Origin: Eubacteriales bacterium
Lineage (GTDB): Bacteria; Bacillota; Clostridia; Oscillospirales; CAG-272
NCBI GenBank assembly: GCA_045587985.1
Contig: JAZNDG010000058.1
Location: 1-59,365, forward strand
Reading direction: 5' to 3'
DNA length: 59,365 nt
The notes under the pieces are model-generated. The model was not told where the DNA came from. It did no database searches and was given only the letters and a program-made list of their open reading frames with translations. Within the stretch, counting starts at the first letter, position 1. Each line of letters begins with the position of its first letter. The translations under genes and the position numbers were made by a program. Positions 43,994-53,968 of this stretch are shown here, piece by piece.

Positions 43994-45460
43994 ATGGAGA
44001 GGGAAGCACCCATTCGTGAACACCGCCGGCTCTTTAGCGCCGCGTTTCTTTCTGCGGTTTTGGCGGTCCTTATCCTTCTGAACGTGATCCTCGGCGCGCT
44101 TGCCGCCCGCTTTGGCTGGTATTTCTATGCGGCCGAGCGGTATGAGCATACGGTGGGGGATTCCTCGTATGCGTTCTTTGAGGATCTTTCGGGCGACAAG
44201 AGCGTACGCGTGCTCTTCTGCATGGCGGAGGATGAGCTTCTTGACGATCCGATCTACGCGCTCGTTCTCACAACGCTCAACCAGCTTGCCGAGCGCCACG
44301 ATTTCATCAAGATCGAATTTAAGAATATCTACCTGAACCCCGGGGAGGTCAAGCCCTTCCGCAGCCGCACGGTGGGGGACAGTGAGATCAAGTATAACAT
44401 CAATGAGCAGAGCGTGATCTTTGTATCGGGCGAGGATGAAAAAAACTTCCGCGTTGAATCGCTCGAATCCTTCTTTGTTTTGGATTCGGAGAAGGTCATC
44501 ACCGCTTATAACGGTGAGGAAATGGCGCTCTCCTGCCTTGCCTGGATCCTGCGCGGCACCGAGCATCCCATCGCCGCCTTTACCACCGGGCACAACGAAA
44601 ACTTCGGTGAGCTGCACGCCTTTTATACCACCCTTCTCGCAGCGGGCTACGATGTGACCGCCATTGACCTTACACAGCCGATCCCCGAGGGGACCGAGCT
44701 TATTGCTATTGTCAACCCGCGCTGGGATTTTGAGCGTGCGGCGGCCGGCAGCGGTGTAACGGCAGAGCTTGACCGTCTTGACGCCTTCTTAAAGGAGGGG
44801 GGCGACCTCTTTGTGTCGCTTGACCCGTACGTGAAGAGCGACCTTGGGGGGCTGCGCGCCTTTCTTGCGGCGCGCGGTCTTGTGGCCACCCAGGAGGTCA
44901 TCCGCGACCTTGAGAATTCCATCACCTACGATGGCTTTACCCTCGTGACCGAGATAGAGAACGGCACGCTTGCAGGGCGGCTCGCCCGGCGCATCGGCGC
45001 TTACTCCCAGTCCCGTGCGATCGTGAAGGAGGCAGCCTCGCTCGTATGCAAGGAGGCAGAGGGCTGGGTGGCAGAGCCCATCCTTTCCTCCTCCGCAACC
45101 TCCGAAACCTACAAAAACGGAGAAAAGACCGGGGAGGCCGGCCGATATGCCGTTTTTGCTGCCTCACACAGCACCGAGGAGGATGCTACGGTGATGCTTA
45201 CCTCAAGCGTCTTTCTTCTGGCCAATGACGTGATGAACTCGGGCACCTATATCAACCGTGACGTGGTGCTTGCCACCCTTGAGGACGCGTCCGGCATGAC
45301 GGTGCCTGTCGGCTGTAAGCTGATGCCGATCGAAAACAATAGGATCGAGGATCTTACGATGGGCACCGCCCGTCTTTACGCCGTCCTTCTTTCTGTCGTG
45401 CTCCCGCTTGTCATCGGCACGGCCGGTGTGGTGGTTGTCCTGCGGAGAAAAAGAAAATAA
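43994..45460 (+). CDS. GldG-like ABC-transport auxiliary protein (ABC_transp_aux), paralogue 1
   Basis: ATG lies 1 nt after the upstream stop. It has N- and C-terminal TM anchors and the central block AAFTTGHNE, as in GldG (tGHGE). Confidence 0.7.
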   Translation: MEREAPIREHRRLFSAAFLSAVLAVLILLNVILGALAARFGWYFYAAERYEHTVGDSSYAFFEDLSGDKSVRVLFCMAEDELLDDPIYALVLTTLNQLAERHDFIKIEFKNIYLNPGEVKPFRSRTVGDSEIKYNINEQSVIFVSGEDEKNFRVESLESFFVLDSEKVITAYNGEEMALSCLAWILRGTEHPIAAFTTGHNENFGELHAFYTTLLAAGYDVTAIDLTQPIPEGTELIAIVNPRWDFERAAAGSGVTAELDRLDAFLKEGGDLFVSLDPYVKSDLGGLRAFLAARGLVATQEVIRDLENSITYDGFTLVTEIENGTLAGRLARRIGAYSQSRAIVKEAASLVCKEAEGWVAEPILSSSATSETYKNGEKTGEAGRYAVFAASHSTEEDATVMLTSSVFLLANDVMNSGTYINRDVVLATLEDASGMTVPVGCKLMPIENNRIEDLTMGTARLYAVLLSVVLPLVIGTAGVVVVLRRKRK

Positions 45461-45471
45461 GGAGAAGCCCT

Positions 45472-47109
45472 ATGAAACAGCTCTTTACGCGCAAGGCGTT
45501 TTTCGGCCGACAGACGGCGATGACCGTTCTTTCGGTCCTTGTCGTTGTGGCGATGCTTCTCCTTGGCGTGGGGCTCAACGGTCTTAAGGTGGGGGCGAAC
45601 CTGTATGTGGACGCGACCCCGGAGGGGCTTTACACCCTGACCGATGAGTTTCTTGAGGAGGTAGAGAAGGTAAAGGATGATATCACCATCACCTTCTGTG
45701 CCCCTCCCGATGTCCTGCTGAATAACCGTACCACGCGCTACATTTATATTATGGCGCGCGAGATCGAAAAGAAGAAGGAGAACGTGACGGTCAGGTGGGT
45801 GAACGTTGCCGAGGATCCGACCGCGGTGCAGGCCTACCGTACCACCTCCTCCACCGTCATCCGCTGGGATCATGTGATCGTCAGCTGCGGTGAGCGCTAT
45901 CGGATGCTGACGGGGGAGGCCTTCTGGAGCACCGATGTCACAACGAACGACTATTTTGCCTTTAACGGCGAATATAAAATGGCCACCGCGATGCTCTCGA
46001 TCACGGCGGTGGATACGCCGACCGCGTATTTTACTGTCGGCCGCGGCGAGAGGGTGTATGACCCCAAGCGCCCCGATGACCCCGAGAACGATCGCTACCG
46101 CGCCTTCTATCAGCTCCTCATTGACGAGGGGCTCTCGGTCGGCACGATCGATCTTTATAAGGACGAGATCCCCGAGGACTGCGTGCTGCTTATCATGAAC
46201 GCGCCGCAAAGTGACTACGATGTACCGGCCGACAGCCGCTTTGAGGTGCTTCCCAAAACGGCGATCGAGAAGCTTGACCGCTATCTTGACAACCACGGCT
46301 CCTTTATGCTCTTTAAGGATCCCTCGGTATCAATGCCGACAATTGAGGAGCTTCTCCTCGAGTGGGGGATCGTCTATCAAAACGATGTTACAGTCAAGGA
46401 GCCGACAGCCGCCGAGGGTGCCGAGGCCGAGGATATGCGCTCGGTCCTCACGGCCGTGTATCCCGACAAGGAAAAGGACGCGCTCGGCTACTCGCTCTTC
46501 GGTGACGTGGCGGGGCTTGCCACCGCCCCTCGCATGGTGGTTCCGAAAAGCGGATATCTGACCTCGAACTGGAGCGATGGCTCCCGCTATATCTCAAGCG
46601 ATGTGTCGGCCCTTACCTCGTCCGTCCTTTATTCCTCGGAGAAGGCCCGTGCCCATGATGCGGGCGGCGCGATCCTTGATGCGGGCGGCAGCTACCCGCT
46701 TGCCAAGATCACAGCACGCATCTATGCCGATGAGGTGAAGGACTACTATTCCTACGTTTTCTGCGCCGCCTCGACCGCGATGGCCGAGAGCGAGTATCTT
46801 GATAATCCCGCCTATGCCAACTACGATGTTCTGTTCTCCACGGTCCGCACCATCTCGAGAACCGATGCGTATGCAAGCGACAACCTCGGCGGCCTTAACA
46901 TGAACTCGGAAAAATACGGCGGCAAGCACCTTGTGACGGGTGAGATGTACACGGCCGACAAGCCGGTTTACAAGGACGGAAAGGTCGTGCGGACCTATTA
47001 CGCCATGACCCCTGCGACCGTGATCGTCTATACGGTGATCATCCTGCTTGTTCCCGCCGCCATACTGGTATTCGGTGTTGTGCGCTGTGTGCGCCGGCGC
47101 TATCGCTGA
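45472..47109 (+). CDS. GldG-like ABC-transport auxiliary protein, paralogue 2
   Basis: It has N- and C-terminal TM anchors. LYVDATPEGLYTLTDEF...ITITFCAPPD...YFTVGRGE follows the GldG layout. Confidence 0.65.
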   Translation: MKQLFTRKAFFGRQTAMTVLSVLVVVAMLLLGVGLNGLKVGANLYVDATPEGLYTLTDEFLEEVEKVKDDITITFCAPPDVLLNNRTTRYIYIMAREIEKKKENVTVRWVNVAEDPTAVQAYRTTSSTVIRWDHVIVSCGERYRMLTGEAFWSTDVTTNDYFAFNGEYKMATAMLSITAVDTPTAYFTVGRGERVYDPKRPDDPENDRYRAFYQLLIDEGLSVGTIDLYKDEIPEDCVLLIMNAPQSDYDVPADSRFEVLPKTAIEKLDRYLDNHGSFMLFKDPSVSMPTIEELLLEWGIVYQNDVTVKEPTAAEGAEAEDMRSVLTAVYPDKEKDALGYSLFGDVAGLATAPRMVVPKSGYLTSNWSDGSRYISSDVSALTSSVLYSSEKARAHDAGGAILDAGGSYPLAKITARIYADEVKDYYSYVFCAASTAMAESEYLDNPAYANYDVLFSTVRTISRTDAYASDNLGGLNMNSEKYGGKHLVTGEMYTADKPVYKDGKVVRTYYAMTPATVIVYTVIILLVPAAILVFGVVRCVRRRYR

Positions 47110-47119
47110 GGAGGTGGCT

Positions 47120-49048
47120 ATGAGAATGAAAAAGCATCAGCTCCTGCCCCTTATCTTCGGCGGTGTTGCCGTTCTTCTGATCGTTTTGTACTTTGCCGTT
47201 GTCCGCCCGCTTGTTGCAAACGGCGGGGATACCGTGACCACCACGGCGGTGACGGACGAGGGAGAGGGCACCCTCTACAACAAGGGCACGCTCTATCCCG
47301 CCATCCGCCGCGAGGAGATGGTGTCCATCACCGTGCACAATAAGGCCGGCACCTTCCGCTTCCACCGTCTTGCGGAGGAGGGAAAGGAGCCTACAAAGAA
47401 GGACGATTTTGTGATCGCAAAGCTTGAGGGGGATACCTTTACAAGCTATGCCGATATCACCTATAAGCAGGAAAGGCTTTCCGAGCTTGTGGTGGCCACC
47501 GGCTCCTTCTATTACCACAAAAATATCGCCAAGGACGCAGAGGCAAGCGGCACGCAGCTTGACCTTTCGCAGTACGGGCTCGCGCCCGAGCAGGATCCTG
47601 CCTGGTTCGAGATCGAAACCTTTGCGGGGGACACCGTGCGCGTGTATGTCGGCGATGCCGCCGTGACCGATAACGGCTACTACGTGATGGTGGATGGGAG
47701 AGAGGATGTCTACGTCAGCCATACGACCCTTGTCGGAACCACCGCGCTTTGTGAGCTTCCCACCTTTGTTGACCCCACCCTCACCTATTCCTTTGTGCAG
47801 ACCGCCTACTATTTCAGCAAGGATTTCTCCTTTTGGCGGCCGGCGCCCGAGGGCTACCGCCTGACACTTGATGACAGCGTCCGCTTCCGCTATACGTCAA
47901 GGATCATAGCCGGCGCCAAGGAGGGGGACGTGATCGAAACCGGCCCTGAAAACGCTACCCAGGACCTGCGTACGGCACAGGCCGTGATGCAGGAGGCCTT
48001 TCTCGGCAAGGGTGTTGGGGACGGCGGCTTCACCTTTACCATCGAGCATGAGGACAGCGATAAGGTAGCCGAGGGGCTTCGCGGCCGCACGGTTGAATAC
48101 CGCATTGAGGAGATCACGGGGATCGATACCCTTTATATCGTCTTAAATTACCTCAATTCCTCAAAGAGGAGCGATTTCCATACCGGGGTGGCCTACAAGA
48201 TCACCGCCCCTGCCAAAATGACCGGCTATCTCCCCAGCTCCAACCGCTATATGGGCGTGCTTGAAACGATCGGAGAGCTTGTCGGCAGTGAAACGGTGGA
48301 TGTCGGTATGACGCCCGAGATGCTTGAAAAGTACGGTCTTGATGCCTACTGCATCTATTACGAGGCCCCCATGACCATCGGCTACGATAAGGTCAATACC
48401 GATGACATCGTGGTCGGCAAATACCTGCCTGTGTACCTCTATATCAGCGAAAAGCAGGAGGACGGCAGTTACCTTGTCGGCAGTCTGCAGACAAACGTGG
48501 TGGCAAGGGTGGACGGCAGTACCCTCTCCTTCCTTGAGGAGAAGGATACCTTCTGGCTTGAGGATACGATGTTCAGCGTCAACATCGGCAACGCAACAAA
48601 GCTTGAATTTGACTTTGACTATCGGGATGCAGACATCACCTACACCTTCCTTCACGAAAGGGAGGAGGACGATAGGGGGCGCTTCATCACCACCGGCGTT
48701 TCTTACCTTGAAGGCGGCCGCAGGGTGAATCTTGAGGATTACAGAAGCCTCTATATGCACCTTGTCAGCATCTATTATTCGGGTGAATATGACGGCGCAT
48801 TGCCAAAGGATGAGCTCCTTGCAAGGGATGAATCGGTCCTTACGATGCGCATCACGCTCGGTGACGGTGCTGAATATGTCTATCGCTTCTACCCATACAG
48901 CGCACGCCATGTGCTTGTGTCGGTAGAGGGAGAGGAGGGGGTTGAGGGTGCATACTTCTATGCGCTTTCCTCGGAGGTCGAGAAGATCTACCGCGATATC
49001 CTCCTTGTGCTTGACGGTGTGAAGCCGGATCCCGACAAGCAGTATTAA
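47120..49048 (+). CDS. DUF4340-like membrane-anchored protein
   Basis: ATG at 47120 after GAGGAGG. It has a single N-terminal TM segment, then a long beta-rich region. Its position directly after GldG-like genes is the usual DUF4340 context. Confidence 0.55.
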   Translation: MRMKKHQLLPLIFGGVAVLLIVLYFAVVRPLVANGGDTVTTTAVTDEGEGTLYNKGTLYPAIRREEMVSITVHNKAGTFRFHRLAEEGKEPTKKDDFVIAKLEGDTFTSYADITYKQERLSELVVATGSFYYHKNIAKDAEASGTQLDLSQYGLAPEQDPAWFEIETFAGDTVRVYVGDAAVTDNGYYVMVDGREDVYVSHTTLVGTTALCELPTFVDPTLTYSFVQTAYYFSKDFSFWRPAPEGYRLTLDDSVRFRYTSRIIAGAKEGDVIETGPENATQDLRTAQAVMQEAFLGKGVGDGGFTFTIEHEDSDKVAEGLRGRTVEYRIEEITGIDTLYIVLNYLNSSKRSDFHTGVAYKITAPAKMTGYLPSSNRYMGVLETIGELVGSETVDVGMTPEMLEKYGLDAYCIYYEAPMTIGYDKVNTDDIVVGKYLPVYLYISEKQEDGSYLVGSLQTNVVARVDGSTLSFLEEKDTFWLEDTMFSVNIGNATKLEFDFDYRDADITYTFLHEREEDDRGRFITTGVSYLEGGRRVNLEDYRSLYMHLVSIYYSGEYDGALPKDELLARDESVLTMRITLGDGAEYVYRFYPYSARHVLVSVEGEEGVEGAYFYALSSEVEKIYRDILLVLDGVKPDPDKQY

Positions 49049-49086
49049 ACCGTTTGCAAAAAAATTATATAGAAGGAACAGAACCA

Positions 49087-51072
49087 ATGAAAAACGTAAG
49101 AGAAAGAAACAACAAGAAGACGGGATTCTTCGGTCTCTCGAAGGGTGCGCGCATTGCCGTGATCGCCACGGCCGCCCTCCTGCTTGCCGCCATTATCTTC
49201 GGCATCGTCTGGACGAACATCGACCATAGCTACCGCTATGACCGTGTGGATCTTTCCCAGTTCTTCAAGGACGGCAGGATCAGCATCGATTTCGATGGGC
49301 TCGGCAAATTCCCCCTCAACCTTGCCACCGCCGTAAGCCAGGCAAACGTCTATGAAGAGATAGACAAGAATATGCAGGCAAGCGATGAGGTCAAGAATAC
49401 GGCCAAGAAGGGGGCAGAGGCCCTCATCAACAAGGACCGCTCCTACAACGACACCGTCTATATGTACTACGAGATCTTCCGCGGTGTGGATAAGGACGGC
49501 AAGGTGGAAAACGGCGATCTCCTTATGTCGAACACCGATTACTTCAAGGCCGGAAGCACCACCCTTGCGGCGGCTGCGGGCGGCGCCTCCATCGTGCGGC
49601 TTGGCAAGAATGGCCTTAACGAGGTTCTTGAAGCCTGGATGCTTGAGTATTACGATACCGCCACCTCGGTCACCCGCGTGATCGATGAGGGCAAGAAGCC
49701 CTCCGACTATCCCGGCTACACCCTTGTCCTTGAGGTGAAGGGTGAATACGAGAAGGAGGGCACAAAGAAGACCTACATCTCGCTCCCGAACTTCTATTAT
49801 CAGCCCACGACCCAGCCCGCCGACCAGACCAAGTCCTACTACAAGGGCAACGACAAGGTTCTGACGGCCGATAAGACCAAGACGCCCTATGATGCCTCGG
49901 TCACGACACCCGATCCCGATGTGATCACCGCTGTGAATGATGCGGCCGCCGAGCTTGCGGCGAGCGGTGCGATCGGCGGCGAGCCGAAGACGGTCACGCT
50001 GGATGCCACCATTGACGGCGGCACCACCGCCTACCCCACCACCTTTACCGTTGCTCTTAAGGCCATGTTCTTGGCCGAGCAGAAGATCGCCACCATCGAT
50101 CTTGATAACGATGAGGTCGTCAAGGGCATGACCTTTACCTATAAGGACGGCAGCAGCGAAAAGAAGATCACAGACGGTAAGTTTGTGGTCCGCCTGACGG
50201 TTGAGTCTGTTCTTTCGCTCTCCGAGGAGGTCGTCAACATCCTTGCCAGAGATACCGTGGAGGACGGAAATATTGTCTATAAGAGCGGCTTCACCGCCCC
50301 CACTCCTGCCGCGGGTGATGACCAGCTCAAGAGAGATAACGCCTTTGCGCTTGCGTATATGAAGTATATCCAGGCTGAAAAGATCAGGACCTCGAGCGAG
50401 GATATCATGAAGACCGAAGCGACCTATCTCGCCACCGTCAAGACCGCCCTTTGGAAGAAGATCGTGGATGAATACAGCAAAGAGGACATCATCACGAGCC
50501 TGCCCGAGAGCGAGATGACGGGGAACTATGAGGCCACCATGGCTGCCCACACGGCAAACTACCAGCAGTACTACAAGAGCCAGTACAAATCCCTTGAGGA
50601 GTATATCCTGAAGATGGTGTATGAGGACGAGGAGTCGGTCAAGCTCCCCGCCGAATCCCAGGCCGCCAAGGTGAAGGAATATATCGAGAAGGATCTGCGC
50701 GAGGCGATCTGCGAGAAGATCATTCTCTTTGCGATTGCCGACCACTACGATATTTCGGCCTCGCGCTCCGAGTGGCGCGCCTATAAGAGCGACTATCAGA
50801 AGAGCCTTACCGAATCCAATTTCGAAAACTATAAGAAGTACTACAAGACCCAGCTCGCCGCAAAGCAGATCTCGGAGGGTGAGATTCGCATTATGGCAGA
50901 GGACGATGCAAAGACACAGGCCAACGCCTACACCGACACCTACTACCGTGAATGCGTGGTCCTGCGCAAGGTGCAGGAGAAGCTGCTGCCCGGCGTTTCC
51001 TCTATTGACAAGAGCCTCATCACCTGGGTGCTTTCGGACGATCCCGTTCTTGAAGACGGGCATAACCACTGA
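49087..51072 (+). CDS. membrane-anchored trigger-factor-like protein (FKBP-like + TF C-terminal-like regions)
   Basis: ATG at 49087. It has an N-terminal TM anchor ([20 protein letters not shown]). A block [18 protein letters not shown] and the C-terminal helical region [36 protein letters not shown] resemble trigger-factor domains. Confidence 0.5.
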   Translation: MKNVRERNNKKTGFFGLSKGARIAVIATAALLLAAIIFGIVWTNIDHSYRYDRVDLSQFFKDGRISIDFDGLGKFPLNLATAVSQANVYEEIDKNMQASDEVKNTAKKGAEALINKDRSYNDTVYMYYEIFRGVDKDGKVENGDLLMSNTDYFKAGSTTLAAAAGGASIVRLGKNGLNEVLEAWMLEYYDTATSVTRVIDEGKKPSDYPGYTLVLEVKGEYEKEGTKKTYISLPNFYYQPTTQPADQTKSYYKGNDKVLTADKTKTPYDASVTTPDPDVITAVNDAAAELAASGAIGGEPKTVTLDATIDGGTTAYPTTFTVALKAMFLAEQKIATIDLDNDEVVKGMTFTYKDGSSEKKITDGKFVVRLTVESVLSLSEEVVNILARDTVEDGNIVYKSGFTAPTPAAGDDQLKRDNAFALAYMKYIQAEKIRTSSEDIMKTEATYLATVKTALWKKIVDEYSKEDIITSLPESEMTGNYEATMAAHTANYQQYYKSQYKSLEEYILKMVYEDEESVKLPAESQAAKVKEYIEKDLREAICEKIILFAIADHYDISASRSEWRAYKSDYQKSLTESNFENYKKYYKTQLAAKQISEGEIRIMAEDDAKTQANAYTDTYYRECVVLRKVQEKLLPGVSSIDKSLITWVLSDDPVLEDGHNH

Positions 51073-51076
51073 TTCC

Positions 51077-51535
51077 GTGAAGCAGGTAGAGATCTATACC
51101 GATGGGGCCTGCCGGGGAAACCCGGGCCCCGGCGGCTACGGCGTGATCCTGCAGTACGGCCCTCACCGCCGCGAGCTTTCGGGCGGGGAGGAGGAAACCA
51201 CCAACAACCGGATGGAGCTGCGTGCCGCCATTGAGGGGCTTTCTGCCCTGCGTGAGCGGTGTGCTGTCACGCTCTATTCGGATTCGCGCTATCTTGTCGA
51301 TGCCGTGACCCTCGGCTGGGCAAGAGAGTGGCAGGCCACCGGCTGGAAGCGGGGAAAGGCAAAAAACCCCGACCTTTGGGAGCGCCTTCTTTCGCTTTTA
51401 GATCAGCACGAGGTCACACTCGTTTGGGTGCGCGGGCATGACGGGCACCCGGAAAATGAGCGGTGCGATGCCTTGGCCACCGCCGCTGCCGACAGCTTCA
51501 GAAGGCCGCCGGCTCCCATCCAAGACAAAGATTAA
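51077..51535 (+). CDS. rnhA: ribonuclease HI
   Basis: GTG at 51077, 4 nt after the upstream stop. [22 protein letters not shown]...TTNNRMEL...YSDSRYL...[17 protein letters not shown] contains the DEDD catalytic residues. Confidence 0.85.
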   Translation: MKQVEIYTDGACRGNPGPGGYGVILQYGPHRRELSGGEEETTNNRMELRAAIEGLSALRERCAVTLYSDSRYLVDAVTLGWAREWQATGWKRGKAKNPDLWERLLSLLDQHEVTLVWVRGHDGHPENERCDALATAAADSFRRPPAPIQDKD

Positions 51536-51545
51536 GGAGAACAGT

Positions 51546-53300
51546 ATGCCAAAGCTTAAAAAGACCGCAGCCCTCCTTCTGCTTGCGGCAACCCTTCTTT
51601 CCGCCCTCCTTCTTACCGCCTGCGGTAAAAAGGAAGAGGCCTTCTTCCTCGACGAGAAGATGAGTGATTATATTTCGCTCAACCGCGCCGACTATCTGAA
51701 CGTAGCCCTGACGGTTGACGGCATTCCCGAGATCACCGATGCCGATGTGGAAAAGTATATCCTCGAAGCCTATTCCCAGTACCTTGTGAGCAAGAATAAG
51801 ACCACCACGCAGTATGACGGCAATATCAAAAAGGGCGATACCGTCAAGATCTGGTACCGCGGCGAGATGAACGTGGCGGCCGCAGGGGAAAGTGAGCGCT
51901 GGATCGACTTTATCGGCGGCTGTAACTTCTATCCTGCAAGCAGCACGACAAGTCCCCAGCAGGCAACGCTTACCGTGGGCGGCTCCTCCTTTATCGAGGA
52001 TTTCCAGAATAAGCTTGTCACCCTCACCGATATCGGTGAGAGCAGCTTCAAGACGGTGGTGGACGAGAAGAATCACCTCGGCATGGAGGGGCTTCTCGAT
52101 ATCGTGCACGTCACCTATTCTTACGAATACAAGGATAAAAACGGCAACCGCAAGAACGGCCAGATGTATGACCGCGTGGACCTGCGCAAGGATGAGGGCG
52201 GTAATTATCTTTATGACAGCCGCTATTCGGACGCCCTGCGCGATTCGCTTGCCGGTGTTGGCATCGGGTATCTCAACAAAACGAGATTTACGGCCGAGCA
52301 CTTTGACATCACGGGTGACCTTGCTGCCGAGGATATCACGATCTGGAATATGAAGGTCGTGAGCATCGTGAAGGAGGATAAGCCCTTAAAGACGGTGGGC
52401 AAGGAGAACCTTGACTATTCCTTTGAGGCCAAGTTCCCGGACGCCTATCCCCAAGCGCCCGAGCTTGCCGGAAAGACGGCAAGATGGTACGTGTATGCCA
52501 CCGAGATCGTCCGCCCCGACACTGTAAAGGAGGGCGAGACCCTTGTGCTGACCTACGGGGAGGTTGTGGACGCGCTCGGCATCACCTATGACGCTGTGAA
52601 ATCGCTTATGACGGCGGCCGAGATCACCGAGGCCGAGAAGAGCCAGAGCGCCAAGGAGGCAGCCGTGGTTGCCCATTATAAGGAGTATATCAAGAAGGGG
52701 CTTGAGGCAGAGCGTGAGCAGACCCTGCAGGCAGATGTCATTGACGGTCTTTGGCGCCACATTATCGATAAGGTAGAGATCAACGAGGATAAGTGGCCCG
52801 AGGATATGGTGGACCGCTATATCGAATCGCTCTATGCCTCGGCCGAGGAGAGCTTTGCCCAGTTCATTCAGCAGAACGGCTCGGCTACGTTCGGAACGCT
52901 TGAGGAGTACGTGGTCAACCAGTACACGGAGGGTGACTATTTTACGACTGTTGATAAGGTGGCAGAGGGCTTCCGCCATATGGCAGAGGACCAGCTGAAG
53001 CAGGAGATGGCGGTGTATTATATTGCGGATGCCGAGGGCCTGCGTATGTCCGAGGGTGAAGAAGAAAAGTATTACCGTGGGCAGCTTGCCGACATGATCG
53101 AATACTACAATACGGCCTATGCCGAGGACATCAAGGCGGGCAAGGCAGAGCCCTTTACCGAGAGCGATCTTGTGGATTACGGCTACACCAAGCAGACGGT
53201 GGTTTCGAACTACTATTACGAGCAGGTGTCGCTTACCCTTTATGACGGTATGGTGGAGAATAACACCATCACCTACGATCTTCCTGCCGAAACCAACTGA
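51546..53300 (+). CDS. trigger-factor-like lipoprotein (PPIase-like + TF C-terminal-like, no ribosome-binding domain)
   Basis: ATG at 51546 after AAGGAGAA, with lipobox LLLTAC. The blocks follow trigger-factor order: DGNIKKGDTVKIWYRGEM, LTVGGSSFIEDFQNKL, LAGKTARWYVYATEI and QADVIDGLWRHIIDKVEI..PEDMVDRYIESL. Confidence 0.55.
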   Translation: MPKLKKTAALLLLAATLLSALLLTACGKKEEAFFLDEKMSDYISLNRADYLNVALTVDGIPEITDADVEKYILEAYSQYLVSKNKTTTQYDGNIKKGDTVKIWYRGEMNVAAAGESERWIDFIGGCNFYPASSTTSPQQATLTVGGSSFIEDFQNKLVTLTDIGESSFKTVVDEKNHLGMEGLLDIVHVTYSYEYKDKNGNRKNGQMYDRVDLRKDEGGNYLYDSRYSDALRDSLAGVGIGYLNKTRFTAEHFDITGDLAAEDITIWNMKVVSIVKEDKPLKTVGKENLDYSFEAKFPDAYPQAPELAGKTARWYVYATEIVRPDTVKEGETLVLTYGEVVDALGITYDAVKSLMTAAEITEAEKSQSAKEAAVVAHYKEYIKKGLEAEREQTLQADVIDGLWRHIIDKVEINEDKWPEDMVDRYIESLYASAEESFAQFIQQNGSATFGTLEEYVVNQYTEGDYFTTVDKVAEGFRHMAEDQLKQEMAVYYIADAEGLRMSEGEEEKYYRGQLADMIEYYNTAYAEDIKAGKAEPFTESDLVDYGYTKQTVVSNYYYEQVSLTLYDGMVENNTITYDLPAETN

Positions 53301-53305
53301 ACCGC

Positions 53306-53335
53306 AAGGGGTGTCCGTTTAGGACGCCCCTTTTA
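53306..53335 (+). terminator. rho-independent terminator ending the 8-gene operon
   Basis: GGGGTGTCC-gttta-GGACGCCCC (one G-T pair) followed by TTTT. Confidence 0.7.
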
Positions 53336-53383
53336 CCTATGCGGGCAGATAGGCAGAGCCCCCTCTTATACAAGATTTCTCAC

Positions 53384-53412
53384 TTGACAGGCAGGGGTGT
53401 GTTTGTTATAAT
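53384..53412 (+). promoter_or_regulatory. consensus-like promoter
   Basis: TTGACA (53384-53389), 17-nt spacer, TATAAT (53407-53412). Confidence 0.7.
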
Positions 53413-53432
53413 GAATATAGAAGAAAACAAGG

Positions 53433-53723
53433 ATGGAGGCAACAAAGGTGAACGAGATCGAGGTTGGAAACGTTTACGAGCTGACCGATGATGAAAGTGG
53501 GGAAGCGGCCGAGTACCATGTGGTGGGGCTCGGGGAGATAAACGGTGCGCGCTATGCCGCCCTTGTGCCCTATGGGCAGGAGGTGGAGGAGTACGTGATA
53601 TTGCGCATCGAGGAGGAAGGGCAGGATCTGCTTCTTGTCGCCATAGAGGATGACGATGAGTGGGAGGCGGCCGCCGTCTATTTTGATAATGAGATCTTCG
53701 GAACCGTGGATCACGATGCGTGA
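53433..53723 (+). CDS. DUF1292 (UPF0473) family protein
   Basis: An acidic ~90-aa protein: VYELTDDESGEAAEYHVVGLGEINGARYAALVP...YVILRIEE...LVAIEDDDEW. GTG 53448 (8 nt after GGAGG) is the more likely start. Confidence 0.75.
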   Translation: MEATKVNEIEVGNVYELTDDESGEAAEYHVVGLGEINGARYAALVPYGQEVEEYVILRIEEEGQDLLLVAIEDDDEWEAAAVYFDNEIFGTVDHDA

Positions 53724-53968
53724 AGCACGCAGATAAAGAAAAACGCACGTCCTGCTTAGTGCGTGATAAAGCTTTGATTGGGCCTACACGTTAGATAAGG
53801 GAGCCCGGGCTTCGGTCATGGGATGCAGACCTCCCGCCCCCCGCCGCCTTTGTGCCGCGGGAGAGCGGACGCTGGGAGCGCAAAGTGACCGAGAGGGCAC
53901 CCACCTGGTTATACCGGGCTAAGTTCGGCTTTACACGGCTCGGCGGGATTCTTTTTTTAGGAGGAAAT

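Noticed and set aside
53800-53955. Resemblance of the SPFH leader to a ykkC (guanidine/ppGpp/PRPP) riboswitch. The blocks UAAGGGAGCCCGG, GACCGAGAG and ACACGGCUCGGCGGGA occur in the right order.
   Set aside because: The spacing between blocks is much longer than in ykkC RNAs. The P3 AAAAGCCCGGGAGA segment is missing. The downstream gene is not a typical ykkC-regulated function. I cannot support the call without an Infernal search (RF00442).
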